The notes beneath the pieces were generated by a model. It did not search any database, was not told the origin of the DNA, and saw only the letters and a list, made by a program, of their open reading frames with translations. Shown piece after piece: positions 1 through 12,951 of a DNA stretch of 64,000 nt; position 1 is the first letter of the stretch; every line of letters begins with the position of its first letter. The stretch lies in the NCBI RefSeq assembly GCF_009914755.1, contig NC_060926.1. One strand, written 5' to 3'. The translations under genes were made by a program, and so were the position numbers. Source of the stretch: the human T2T-CHM13v2.0 reference genome, Homo sapiens.

Positions 1-54
1 AAAGAAAAGTGTGCATGGAGCCCTTAGCATCACTTCCCCCTTTCCCAGCTCTTC

Positions 55-462
55 ATTTAGAGACATTGCAAATCAATAGGAAGTTTTAAGAATCATGCAG
101 TGGACACTTGTATTTCCTTTCCTTGATAGCCAGTTGTTGTCTGACAGCATTTGTTTTCTTCCTCTGTGTGTATGTTTGTTGTTGTTGTTGAGCCATTGGA
201 GGGAAAGCTGTGGACATTGGGACACTTCCCCCTAAGTACTTCAGCATGTAACTCCTAAGAACCTACCCACCCACTGCACCATTATCACACCCTTGGGGTT
301 TTACGTTAGTGTAGTCCTATCACCTACATTTCCCCAGTTGTCCCAATCATGCCCTTTATTTTTCCCTTTCAGATTAGGATCCAACCAGGGATCACACATC
401 ACATTTGTTATCCTGTCTCTTTAGACTCCTTTAATCTAGAACAATTCCCTAACCTGTGTGTT

Positions 463-504
<42 letters not shown>

Positions 505-560
505 TGTCTGTAGACATGGACATTTGTGAAATGCACAGGTCAATTGTTTTAAAGAAAGCC
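55..560 (-). mobile_element. Old L1MC-type 3' fragment containing (TG)n at 455-507
   Basis: cccctaagtacttcagcatg and ggatccaaccagggatcacacatcacattt motifs. Confidence 0.6.
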
Positions 561-569
561 TTTTTCTTT

Positions 570-3180
570 ACTTAACCTCATCTCCTGTAATCCTCATACA
601 ATTATGTGGAAGTGATATCATTGTCTCCTGTTCATAGACAAGGAAATTGTGAGTAAAGAGGGAGGGTAATAGGCACCTATTGAGCATCTTCTTTGCATGA
701 GGTGCTGAAGGTCAGTTATTCTATTAGAATTGCACAACAACCCCAGGAAAGATTTAAGTGACTAGCTTAAGGTCATGTACCTAGTGAATGGTGGAGACAG
801 GATTTGAACCCCGGTTGTCTCCCACAATGTTGCCTACACCCAGGCCCTGTCCAGTTGTATGGGCCCTGAATTTGAGCTCCTTTCTCTATGGAGGCTGAGT
901 CTGTCTCAAAGCGGATCATCAGGATGCATTAATTTGGGGAGCATTAGTCAGTGGGGCTTTCTGCAAACACTCTCACCTTCGTCAGGCTCTTCTGCTGACA
1001 TGCGGGAGGAGTTAAGTACATGCAGCTCTTATGGTTTTCCTCCATCTGTCCTTGTCTCCTGCCAGGTTAGAAGCTGGTGGAGGGTGGAGCCCAGGCGGTA
1101 GGCTCCTGTGTTCCTTCCCTCACCCAGCCCATGCCTCGGCTAGAACAGACACCTGTGCAGGCAAGGGCAAGGGTTTGACTTTGCAAAGATGGCTGGAACG
1201 CCTTGCCAAAGGGATTTTTCTGCCCACTAACAGCCATGGTTAGGGCCTGACCTGGTCTGCCCGACTACTTTAGGTGGCCACAGTGTTGTTTTCAGCAACA
1301 TGAGGTTAAATAACGGTAACCTTTGGGTTTCTCCTTCACCTCTTCTAACCCCATAACAGAGTTCTGTTCTGTACCAGATTTGGAACAAGTGAGTTGTATA
1401 AATGATGAGACTGTTCCCTTGGCCAACGAGAGCCTAAACTTTGACTGACAAGAGGCTCAGGGAAGAGGCTGTTTTACTTAAGTGGATTTTCAGGTTAATG
1501 GAAGGTTAAGCAGAGACCCCATTTTATGTGAACCCTTGTTGTGGAAAATGTCGAGGTACCCACTTGCCTGCGTTATTGAGTGGGACATTAGGATTGTAAT
1601 TGCACCTTTTTTGGTCCCCTGTGGCTCTCAAAGTCAGTTTTCTGAGCAGCATTGCCCATCACATGGTTCTGCAGCTATAGAAGGTAGAGGAGATGCTGAC
1701 CTCAAGACCTTGTCTGATATTGCCTTTTTGAATCCATCCCTAGTATTTGCCTGTTTCTGGTACTATTTGGAATCTAAGACTGGAGTGCCTAAGGGAAGAA
1801 TACAGAATTAGTTCATTGAAGGTTCTAATTATTTGGATTAATTTATGGTGTTACTAAAGGCAGACAGGGAAAAATATGTATGAAGTACCTCTTGGATGCC
1901 AGGTTTATGCTTAGTGCTTTACTCATGTTTTCTTTTTTAAATTTATCCAACAACCTAATAATGTAGGTGTTTGTATCCCTATTTTGCTAATGAGGAAACC
2001 AAGGCTCAAAGTGGTCAGGAATCTTGATGGAGGCAAGCCAGCTGGTTAAGGGGCAAAACTGAGATTTGAACTGAGATTGGAGCCCAGGTATCTCTGACTT
2101 CCATAGAGCAAATGTTTTCCTTTATACCATAATTGCCTCCTGGGTAAAGTAGCTGGAGGGTTGGGAGACCCCAGATCTGCTCTGAGGTTGTCTTTGTGTC
2201 TTGGGTGTCTCGAGTTGGTTTCTGTTGTGTTTTCACTGTAAAATGAGAATGAACAGTGGTTGGCAGAGGAGACTTATGAGTATCACTGTACTTGGGCTGT
2301 TATGAGGCCTCTACTTAAAGGTGCACAGTAATATACTTTTATGACCCTTTGGAGGCTAGGAAGAGCAAAGGTGGGTGCTTGAGGCCGTGCAGGACTCCCA
2401 GAGGGCAGCTGAGGCACCAGGAGAGTGCATCCCCTTAAGTGTTACTGTCTCTCCTCTATTAAATATTTATGCATTTAGCACTTAATATTTTCCAGAGAGC
2501 TTCATAAGAGTTTTTACTCTTTCTTATATATTTTGGTGCTGGTGCATTCATTTTGGGGAAATAGAAGTGGAAAAATACATGAGAGCTGACTGTGCGCTGG
2601 AGACTGTTGGACACTTGGTGTATATTATCTCACTTAATCTTCACTGCAACCCTGGGAGGAACATATTGCTTTCCCATTTTATAAATGAAGTAACAGAGGC
2701 TCTGAGAGGTTCTCAGTTCCTCAAATTAAACACCTAGTGAGTGGGGGAAAGTTGGGATTTGAATCCAGGTGTGCCTTGTTAAAAAGTAATTGTGGTAGGG
2801 AGACTTTGACCTTTTTAAAGGCTATGTAATCAGAGATTCTTCTTTCTGCATTCAGTTAATGCTGTCCTTTACAGAAGAATTTTCTCCTTGTAGATTGATG
2901 ATGTGGAGGAGTTATGGCACTAGTGTTACTGGTAGTAACAACAGTAGCAGCTAATATTCACTGAACATTTCTTGTAAACCACTGGGAATGCTTTACACAT
3001 AATAACTTAGTTCCTTGTTTCTTAATCCATGCAGTGCTGTGAGGGGGACCATTTTACCCAAGTTCACAGATGAGGACACTGACACAGAAGTTACATAAGT
3101 TGCCCAGTGTGCCATAGTAAGTGGCAGAGCCAGGATTCAAGTCCAGACAGGCAGTTTGGCTCCAGAGTCCAAGTTCCTAA
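570..3180. mobile_element. Scattered MIR fragments (about 570-830, 1880-2105, 2580-2775, 2950-3180)
   Basis: Repeated MIR core motifs (gatgaggaaactgaggc-like, ggatttgaaccc-like). Confidence 0.7.
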
Positions 3181-5217
3181 TTTTATTATTATATGTTCTA
3201 GACAAGTGTTTTTCTTCTCAGGAATCCTCTTTGGTACCGTATGCTTGTAATTAATGTTTCCTCTCTCTGGTTAACCACTCCTGATTTCCTAATCCCCTTT
3301 AGCAAGTCCTTAAATTTGTTTTTTGGAAGTTGGGGTCATAAGACACTGGTAGAGGTTCCTCAAGACACAGTTTGCTGATGGTGTAGAAGTTTTATCTTGT
3401 GCCTCTTTTAACTCCTGATTCTTCCAGCTTCTGCCACAAGGTGGCTCTAAGACCTGGGGATACCAGAGCTCAGAACCAGCGCTGTCCTCTCTTCTTTTGC
3501 TCTCCCTGCATACCTTGCCCCTCAAAACATAGATTCTTAGCCCTGCTCTGGTGTCGTCCATAGAAGTGTCCCCTGCTACCCCCGTTTTAAAGAATATTGT
3601 GTTAAATATTCGTATTCCATCAGAATCAAATAGGAACCCAGGGACTGTTGACTCACTCATGCTGGTCCATTTACCATCAGCCTTCCACTGCTGTGATATC
3701 ATTTATCACAGCAAGCTTCTCTGTGGTCTGTGCCCCAGACTCGTCCCTGCTGATCCTGCCCCCATATCAGTATTCATCAGAATCTCTGGTTGGATGGCAC
3801 AGTTGACTTGTGGATCTGTTATTTGACCATGCCCTGTGTGTGCTTCCTGTTGCGTATGCACATCCCCAACAGAATCTTCAAGGAATGCCATCACTGTCAT
3901 GTTGCCATTGATCTAGCTTAGTCTGATCCTCATTGATCACATAGTGTGACCCCTCAAGGGGTGCTTAGGCAAGACTTTCAGCCAGTTCACATATTTGATT
4001 GTTAGCTCTTAATCAGTTTTCTCTTTTAATTGTAAAGCATAATTGCCTTGCTTCCTTCTGATTTTCTTTAGCTCAAAACGCCCTCCAATTACACATACCT
4101 AAATACAGAAGCAGTAAGGGAAATGTCAGCACTCATTTTCCAAATGTTTACGACAATATCTTGGTTTGGCTATTAAAATTGACAAAGCCATAAACAAGTT
4201 TCCATGAGGACAGCCTCCAGTGGTGGAAAGCTGACTTGTCAGAGGGTGTATTCTGCTGGGATTTTACTGATGGGCACTCAGGATGAATATTTAATACCCT
4301 CTGGATGTTGCCAAATCGGTTTTCTTCTATTTCTTATTGCTGACCTGGCAGATTGGGATAGCAGAGGGCTTTTCTTTGACTTCCATGAGTCCAGAGCATG
4401 TGAACACTGGCTCTCCTTTCACATTCTGAGGGATGACTGCCCCATCCCTCAGAGGACTGGCCTCTGCCTTCTTTCAGGGGAGTGCGGGGTTCTCCTTCTT
4501 CCATCCCAGGTGGCTTCTGCCTGTTGTCTGTGCCAAGATAGAATGGGCGTGAGTGCAAGAGCCCTAAGAGGAGAGCCCAGCCCCTCCCAGATGCCTCAGG
4601 CCTGTTGTCATGGTAACACCGGGGCACTTGTTATTGGCATCAACGAGCCAGGGTAACTGCCCTGCCTGCAGACAGGTAAGGCAGGGTAGGGCGCATCTGG
4701 GTAACCTTCATTAGCTATTTCTACCTGCAGACTCTTGCTGCTTTCCCCTTGCCCCTCCCTCCCTGTCTCTCTGCATGCATTGAGCACCTACTAAGTGCCA
4801 GGCTGCCATGCTGGTGAGGCTGCTGAGATGGGTGTGTCACGTTCCTGCCTTGCGGGCTCTGTGGGAGGCAGCAGGCCTAGGGACAGAGGAGAGCAGAAAA
4901 GCATTACAGGTGTGGAGGCAGAGCCAGCACAGGGCATGAACACGGGGCAGGGGGCAGGGGGCGTGAGGAGGGAATGGGGTAGGGGTGAGGGTGGGAGGTT
5001 GGGAAGGAGGAGTGGAGCATTTCAGGCTCAGAGAAGAGTGTGAATAAAGATAGTCATGGAGGGTGGGAGCAGCATGCTTATCTTGAGATGACTAAAGCAT
5101 GGGGTCTGGGAGGGGTTCACCCCCAGGCAAGCTGGCAGGGATCAAGAAGTCCCTTTTGTACATGGGAGCATGGGGTGAGGGTGGGCATATGTAATAGCTA
5201 AAAGCAAGGACAGACCA

Positions 5218-5400
5218 GATGGCCTGGGTTTGAATCCCAGCTCTACCACTAAGCCAGCTGTGTGACCTTGGGCAAGTGTCTTTATAAAATTGGGAATAAT
5301 ATTTATTTCATAGGATTGGTGAGGACCAAATAGTTAATATTTATAAAGTGCTTAGAATAGTGCTGAGCACATAGGACCAGATGAAAGTTTGCTAAATAAA
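5218..5400 (+). mobile_element. MIR
   Basis: gggtttgaatcccagctctaccact...tgtgtgaccttgggcaagt...aaagtgcttagaatagtgc. Confidence 0.85.
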
Positions 5401-6581
5401 TAAGAATATCCTAAACTCAGAAATTAGGACTTTAGCCCGTACCCAGATCATATACTCCATTTTTGTAATAATTTATAATATTCCCTTTACCCGGAAATGA
5501 AATTCATATACAATATAACATTCCTAATCATATCTTTAAAATTTGCTATACTGTCCTAGTTGTGGGATAAAGAAAGTTTTTTTTTTTAAAGTAGATCATA
5601 GTAAAATAATGTGTTTCAATGTGTAAATGCTCAGGACAGCTATGCTAGGAGGCACAGTCACAGTCAACGCTGTCCCTAAATGCACACTGACAGTCACCGT
5701 ATCAGACTTGGTACCATGAGCAGGACTGCCATCCTGACAGGGTTTCTGAAGTCCTGAGTAACTCTTGCTACAATTCTGAACAAAACAAAGGAAAATCCTC
5801 TCTTGACTGACCTGGCATGTATTAAAACCATGCAAAATAAAAGTATTGTGATTATAGTAAAATGAAAGTAGGTTCTAGGCTCAGAGGCATAATTTTTGCC
5901 CATATGAATGTCATTCGAAAGTCACACAGGACACGAGGCAGAGTTTTGTTGCATGGAGTTGTCCCAGATACGATTTTACATCTTTAATGGCTTTATTCCA
6001 TTGAATATATACCCCTCCCCAAATCAATATGGCAACCAGAGACCTGCTTGCAATTAGCTGCCTTATTGAGAACTGCTGTCACGGGCTGTGGGGTGGGCAG
6101 CCGTGGGCAGTAGCATGCCCCATTTGCCATTTAGGGAAATCCCCTGGCTGTGGCTAGGCCGAGAGGGAGGGAGTGTCATATGCAGGCCAATTATAAGAGC
6201 CTGAGAAAGAGATCATTGAGGGCCCAAATAGGGAATGGTCATGTGGAGAGAGCAGGGAGCCAAGGGGTGTTAAGGACAGAGGGACTCAGGGGTAGTAACA
6301 GTTTGAGTGGCAGGCGCCTGTGCCACTGGCTTCCCATGCAGCTCACCCTGCATTCTTTCCTTGTCTCTCATCTGACTTGCTTCTCTCCACTTGAAACATT
6401 TCTCCTGCCGCAGCCACTGGCCGCCTCTATCTCTAGCATTAATGTCTGTTGTCTTTAATAAAGAGCAGTGTCTTCCTCCCTCAGTGCCCATCTCTTTGCA
6501 CCTGCCACTCTGGCTGCTGCTCACACCACTGCACAGAAACCGCTTTCTCCAGACTTACCAGCAACCACCTCAGCAGCACAG

Positions 6582-6740
6582 CTGTTGCTACTCAAACTTG
6601 AATGTGCACCAGAATCAACTGGAGGGCTCGTGAGCCTGCAGGTTGCTGAGCCTTACTCGCAGTTTTTCTGACTTAGCAGGGGCTGGCAAATTCCCAGGTG
6701 ATGCTGATCTGCAGATCCATGGCATGCACCCTGAGGGCCA
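6582..6740. mobile_element. MER5-type hAT-Charlie DNA transposon
   Basis: ctcaaacttgaatgtgcaccagaatcaactggagggct...ttcccaggtgatgctgat. Confidence 0.75.
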
Positions 6741-7636
6741 CAGGTGGTCAGGATCAAGTACAAGCTGCAGGCCCCTTTTAGAGTGGCCGAAGCTTACCTT
6801 TCTAACCTCATCCACTACACCTGAGCACTTGCTCCTCCTTGAATAGAGTGCACAGGGTAGTTGTCATCTTTCTTCACTTGTCCCCTCTCTCTGGCGTGCC
6901 CTTTCACTCTCCTTCTCCACTTGTTTCTCAGGGCCTAGCTCAGAGGTCACATACCTTTTGAAATGTTCTCTTTTCTATCAAAATCAGAATTGCCCCTCCT
7001 TTTAAAAAGTAACCACATTTATTCAACCATTCATTGATTAGTTTAACAATGATTGGGTCAGAGTCCCTGCCCTGCATATGCTTAGAATTTTGTAAGAAAG
7101 AGAAGACTTTAAAAATTACCTTCGTTGTAAGGCAGCAGTAACAGCTATAGTGGAGTGTAAGGAAATCCTTTATTGAAGAAATAAATGAGTTTTGAGTGAG
7201 AAGAGCACACACAGAGTGGAATCTGAAGGGAGGGTAGGCTGGCTGAGAAAGCTGCTGCTGGTCTCCGCTGTGGAGTTCTTCCCTCTTCCTGATGTCTCAC
7301 CTTGAAACCACCCTATCCTGGCTTGTAACAAACGCAACAGCCTCTCCTACCATACAAAACACAGATCTTCCAAGTTTTAATCACAAGCCTGGGAAGGAAA
7401 CTCTCCAGCTGCAGAAAGAAAGGGCCACTCCCTCAAAGCAGGGCCTGGCCCCTGGGGGCTGCTGTGAAGGCAGCTGCTGGCGTGAGCTGGAGCAGCTCTC
7501 GGACCCTCTTCCTGTCTCTTGCTGGATTCTTTCTTCCTCCTGCCAATTCACTGTTGGGGGTTAACCAAGCCTCACTCTTTTCTTTCACATCTGCATTTAT
7601 GGCCTCTCAAAGCCCGTTCACTCACACGGCCAAGTC

Positions 7637-7788
7637 CAGGGTTTCTCAGGCTTGAAGCTACTAGTGAATCACCTGGGGATCTTGTTAAAGTGCAGATTCT
7701 GACTTACTGGGTCTGGGGTGGGGCCTGAGAGTCTGCATTTCTAACAAGCTCCCAGTGCTGCTGGTCTGAGAACAGCATTTTGAGCAGG
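7637..7788. mobile_element. MER5A
   Basis: gaatcacctggggatcttgttaaagtgcagattctg...ctgcatttctaacaagctccca. Confidence 0.85.
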
Positions 7789-9864
7789 AAGATTGCCACT
7801 TATGCTTGACAACTCCCAATCTAAGTGTTGAACTTTGAACTTGGGACAAGGCACAGAAACCAAAAAGGAATGAGAATAGCTAAAATTCACTGGGTGTTTG
7901 TTATATACCAGGTTCTGTGCTAAACTATTTTTATAGACAATTGCTTTTAGTCTGCACAAAACTCCTAATGGAGATAGAGACATTGTTCTTATTTTGCAGA
8001 TGAAAACACCTGTGGTCTCTAAGTGGGCAGGGCTCTCCTAGCTCTGTGGAGGAAGGTGGTGCACGCAAGCTGTACACCGCCCAGGGCAGGGCTCTGGCAG
8101 GACATGGGAGGGCTCCCTAATTATATGTGGAGATTCCAGTCTCCCCTGTGCCTCAGGAAAGGTTCTACCTGCCCTGGAGATGTGGGAGGAAATCCAGAGC
8201 ATAGAATAGGAGCTGACCCCTTGCCCACCTGTCAGACATGCACCAAATTTAAAAAATGCCTCCCTTTCAAGCTTCTCAACACTTCACAATATTTTGACAT
8301 GGGAAGGAAAAAAAAAATGGAAATGCTTTGGAACATTTCTCTTCCTTGAATTCTTGTTCTCAGACCATGTGACTGAATAGAAGTTTAGTCACAGGATTCC
8401 AGTTTAACATATGCAGTTACTATAGCAATTGAGGTTTCCTTAGTAACAGTTGCAAAAATAATCCGGCCCCAATTAATAATACATTTTAAAGCTCTTTCTA
8501 CTCCATGCTGAACAATCCAGTTTTTTTTGGCCAAGAACCAGATAATTCAGGTGGTGTCATTTGCACTGATATAGATATCATTTGCATGCGGTGAATTGGG
8601 TTGGAAAAGAATGAAAAGGGAGCCGGTTGTTTCAAGTATTATAGGAATCCAATCTGAAAAGTCGGCTGGCAAGCGAATGCAAATCTAGCTTCCAGAGCTT
8701 GGGAGTTAATGGTAAACCCTGTCCTGGATTCCTAGTGTGCCCTAGAGGACTTTCTGCATTTGAAGAAGGGAGAAGGCAGAAGATTGGACTTGCTAACAAA
8801 AAAGATGAACCCGGGAGGGTGGGGCCGTGGCACACAGGATTTCTCTCTAAGTGGTGCCTGGTGTGTTCTTGATGGCGTGAGAAGGTCTGTGGGTTTGTGA
8901 ATTCAACAAGTCTTCCTGGAGAGAATGTCTGATTCACCGCTGGGAGATGCTCCGCAGTGTTGCTCAGTCATGGCATTGGGAATTGGACTTTGCCACACCT
9001 TGGCTTGCTAAATCCTTCCATCCATTCAGAACATTTGTCTGTGTGTTACAGGGAGACCAAGTGGCAGTCTGTGGCTTTCACAAGTTTTGGTTCTGTGATG
9101 CATGGGACTCAATCAACCCTTGATGCTGCCAAACCAAGCTTAAGCCAGCTGGCAGGCCAGGGTCATGACCAGTGGGCTGGGTCCTGGGTCTGGATGCAGT
9201 TCCTGGGGTTGAGCTGGACTAAAGAGACAAGAGTCTGACCAGCAGAGTGCTGGAGCCTGGCCAGGCATCCCTGCCCTGCCCCTGCCCCTGCCCTCCACAC
9301 AAGCTCGGTTGGAGGAGGCCTAGATTACTGTCCCTGGGTGGAATCTCCACCTTGCCCCTGCTTTCTTTCTCAGCTGGGAAGTGGTTTGGTCCCTGTGGCG
9401 GAAAAACTAAGTGTGAAGAGAGTGGTGGAGGTGGAACAATGCTTGTGCTATTAGTTCCCTAAGAGGAACTTAGAATTGTTTTTTTTTTTGTTTTTTTTTT
9501 TTTTCATTTTTAGTAGCAGGAGAAGCGTGAGTGGGGGAATGCAGAGCCAAGGTTAATGATGACGGGGTGGGTGAGATCTCAAATCACCTTCCTAAGATGG
9601 ATTTCATTAGACCTTGGCTTCTTGCCACTGGCAAGGTGAACATCGTCATTAATTAGCTGCTGGGGAGGCGCTCCACAGGCTGCTCTCTTGTCTGTTTTTG
9701 GAGCGGGACAGTGAGGAGAAGGGAGGATTGCAGTTGGCTTTGCCTTGTCCCGTGGTTTACTGTCTTCTCAGCCTTCTCTCTCACTCCCCTAGAGGAAGCC
9801 CCCTCTCCCCACCCCCGCAGCATCCTCTAATTACCTGTTGCCGTGTTTCTCCAATGTGCTCTCA

Positions 9865-10560
9865 TTCGCTCACCCACTCATTCACCTATTTCAGCAAACA
9901 CTGATCAAATGCTTTCCTGGCCCAGGTGTTGTGCTAGGCTCTGGGGGTGCAGCGATAAGAATGTCCGCTAGGCCGTCCACCCCATGAGGGCTGGGACTCT
10001 GGCTTACTCTTCAGGACATCCCCAGCACTTAGCATCCTGTGGGAAACTGAGTGGGCACTCCGTAAATACTGGTTGATTGAGTGGAAAGAGCTTGATCCCT
10101 GCCCTGGGGGAGCTCACCATCTAGGATATGGGAGAGAGATGTGAGGACACACAGACCAGAGATATATAGAGGGTGCTGAGGAAGGGTATGGAGCCCAGGG
10201 GGATGGGAATGAGGGATACGTGGACAGAAGGGTGAGGGTGGGAGGTGGCAGAAGGAGACAGGCAGAGAGGACAGCAAGGGCAAAGGCCAGCACTCAGGGA
10301 AACTGCACCAGGGGCGTGTGCCTGTGGAGGGTGCCTGAGGGTGAGTCATGAGAGATGAGTCAGGACACTTGGGTGAAGGCCAGATCCTGAAGGGACTTTG
10401 TGCTGTGAAAAGGAATTATTTCTCTCTAGTCCGTAGGTAGTTCAGAGCCATTAAACTTTTCAAGCAGAGACCTGATATAGCTAGATTTGTATTTCAGCAG
10501 GATCACCCTCAGAGGCCCTGTGATGGTGGGCTGTGCAGGCAGTGGATAGGGGAGAGATGG
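9865..10560. mobile_element. L2 fragments
   Basis: cattcacctatttcagcaaacactgatcaaatgc...ccaggtgttgtgctaggctctggg and later L2-like segments. Confidence 0.6.
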
Positions 10561-10771
10561 TGAAGGCCTAAGCTAGGCGCATGGCAAGGAGGAGACAGGG
10601 AAGGATATTTAGCGGTGGCCTGGGCTCCGTGCTGCCTTCCTCACACTGAAGCCAGTCGGTGTTAAATCCCCCAGGAACTGTGCTGGAGGAAAACTAACTC
10701 AGAGCCTCGAGGTGGATGGGCCACGTTTCTGGGAGTCTGTGGTGATTCCTGTGTTCCCCTTTCCTTTGCAG

Positions 10772-11182
10772 TGACAAAGCTGCAGGTGAGCAAATCGAAG
10801 AGGACCCTCACCCTGGTGGAAAACAAGCCCATTCAGCTGAACTGCTCAGTCAAGTCTCAGACCAGCCAGAACTCCCACTTTGCGGTGCTCTGGTACGTCC
10901 ACAAGCCCTCAGATGCCAACGGCAAACTTATCCTGAAGACCACCCACAACTCCGCCTTCGAATACGGTACTTACGTGGAGGAGGAGGGCCTGAGAGCCAG
11001 GCTCCAGTTTGAGAGGCATGTGTCGGGGGGCCTGTTCAGCCTCACCGTCCAGAGAGCCGAGGTCAGCGACAGCGGCAGCTACTACTGCCACGTGGAGTAG
11101 TGGCTGCTGAGCCCCAACTATGCCTGGTACAAGCTGGCAGAGGAGGTTTCTGGGCGCACAGAAGTCACTGTGAAACAGCCAG
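10772..11182 (+). pseudogene. IGSF3P2: IGSF3 unprocessed pseudogene exon (one V-type Ig domain) with a premature stop
   Basis: Acceptor ttcctttgcag ends at 10771 and donor gtaagg starts at 11183. Translation VTKLQVSKSKRTLTLVENKPIQLNC...DSGSYYCHVE*WLLSPNYAWYKLAEEVSGRTEVTVKQP matches IGSF3 as I recall it. TAG at 11098-11100 replaces Glu. The paralog number (P2 vs P1) is inferred from neighbouring genes. Confidence 0.9.
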
Positions 11183-12857
11183 GTAAGGCCGCAGGGCACG
11201 GCTGTCCTGGGCCAGTGGGTTTAGTGCAGAGACTGCCTGGGGGTGGGTGGGGCTCTGTGGGGCTGGTGTGGAGAGACTGTCTGCAAGGTGCATGCTGAGT
11301 GTGGGTGCAGGTACACAGACCATCACCCTAGCACACTGCAATCCCATCCATTTTACCTGCAGTGGGTCCTGATGCTGATGGCAGACTCATGGAAGCATCC
11401 TTGACTCTGCTTCTGTGGATAGCATCTTCACCAAGGAGCAGGGCAGCTGTGGTTAGCAAAATGTGGCAAGGCAGGATTCATGGCAGCTCCTGAATCTTCT
11501 TCTGGGTTTGCAGTTTGCACCCTGAATTTTGGGCTGACACCAGCTCCACACCCAGAGTTCCTACCTAGAAGGCATTTTCTGGTCTTATGCATCTGCATCC
11601 CCCTTCTTCCTTAGCTCCCAGCCCAGCCCAGACAAGCCTTTCCTGTCTCCAAACTGAATCATTCCTCCTCTGGCCCTTCCTCGACCCCGTGGTGTAGCCC
11701 TTATTCCTCTCCCTCACAGGTGGCACTCAATCTCTGCCAGAATGCTTCCAGGGAGGGAGAGCTACTCACTCCACAAGCCTCAGTTCCACTTTTGGGCAGC
11801 TCTGATTGTTGAAAAGTTCACTTTCCTGTAATTTCCCTTTTGAGATCTGCCCATGGAAAAACCAAAGAGAAGTCTGCGTCATTTCCTTTCAAATACATGA
11901 AATGTATGCCCCTTCTCTGTTAAAGATCTCTAGTTCTTTCAACTTCTCACACAGTGTAGCCTTAAGGGCCTCTCCATCCCTCATTCTCACATCCCTACAA
12001 TTCTTTGTTGTCTCTGCCTGTCCTTCCTGATGGGCCATGGAGGGTGCTGTGTTGCCACTCTTAGCCTTGCTAAGAGTGACAATTCTGGCAGGCTGCAGAC
12101 CATGTGTGGACCTTGATCTGAGGGCTTAGAGGCTTCGGCCTGCCAGCCCTGTGGGGGCACCCACCCCATCTCATCTCATTGAATGGGGCAGAGCAGGTGA
12201 GGGCATGATGGATGGATGGGCCTCATCCCCCTGCTTCCGTTGCCTGGGGTCCTCAGTCAGCTTGTCAGCTCAGACCCCTGAAACTGGGGGTTGAGGAAGG
12301 ACCCTCCTGGATCATGTGACTCCCTTCGGTCCAGGTGAGCAGGGTCCTTGGAGTAACAGCTCCTAGAGCCCAGCCTATAGCCCTGAAAGTTGGGGAGAGG
12401 GCCTGTTAGGAGAAGCATCCCCTGCCCTGGGGTTGTAGAGGTGATCTAGGCTCCTCAGACCTTGTGGGGCCTCAGATGCTTACATCTCCAGCTCCTCCTG
12501 TCATGGGCATCTGGCTGCAGCCCAGCTCTGTGGCCCCATCTCCCAGGGAACCTTTGGTCTAATCTGCCTCCTGCTGAAACCCAGCCTCATTCAGCCCCAC
12601 CGAGGCTTTCAGAGTTCAGGTCTCTCATTCAGGGTTTGAGACCCCACCGGGCTCAGAGAGACCTGCAGCCTGCACCTGTCCCAGATCACACAGCCCCAGG
12701 GATGGGACCAGGAGCCAGCCCACATCCCACCTGCAGCAGTTCCTGTGCCTTTAAAGCCTCCCCTCCCCCCCGCCCCTCCCCCAGGCCACTGGGGGAGGGA
12801 AGGAGGAGCTGGGTCACAGCAGGGAATCTTAGCTTGGTTTTGGTGTGCTGCTGGACG

Positions 12858-12951
12858 ACCAGACCGGGCATCGGGTGAGCCCAGAAGTGAGAGCAGTTGG
12901 CTGCGCCCCAGTGCTGTGTGACCCAGAGGCGCCACTCACCCTCTCTGAGCT
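12858..12951 (+). other. Candidate upstream GGT 5'UTR exon (start approximate)
   Basis: accagaccgggcatcgggtgagcccagaagtgagagcag...ctctgagctg resembles GGT1 mRNA leader sequence from memory. It is followed by gtgaac and preceded by a TTTAAA and a GC-box-like ccccgccccc near 12750-12780. Confidence 0.4.

Noticed and set aside
3310-3900. Two adjacent minus-strand ORFs (130 and 64 aa)
   Set aside because: No protein family recognised. Possibly a decayed ancient LINE, but I cannot support a call.
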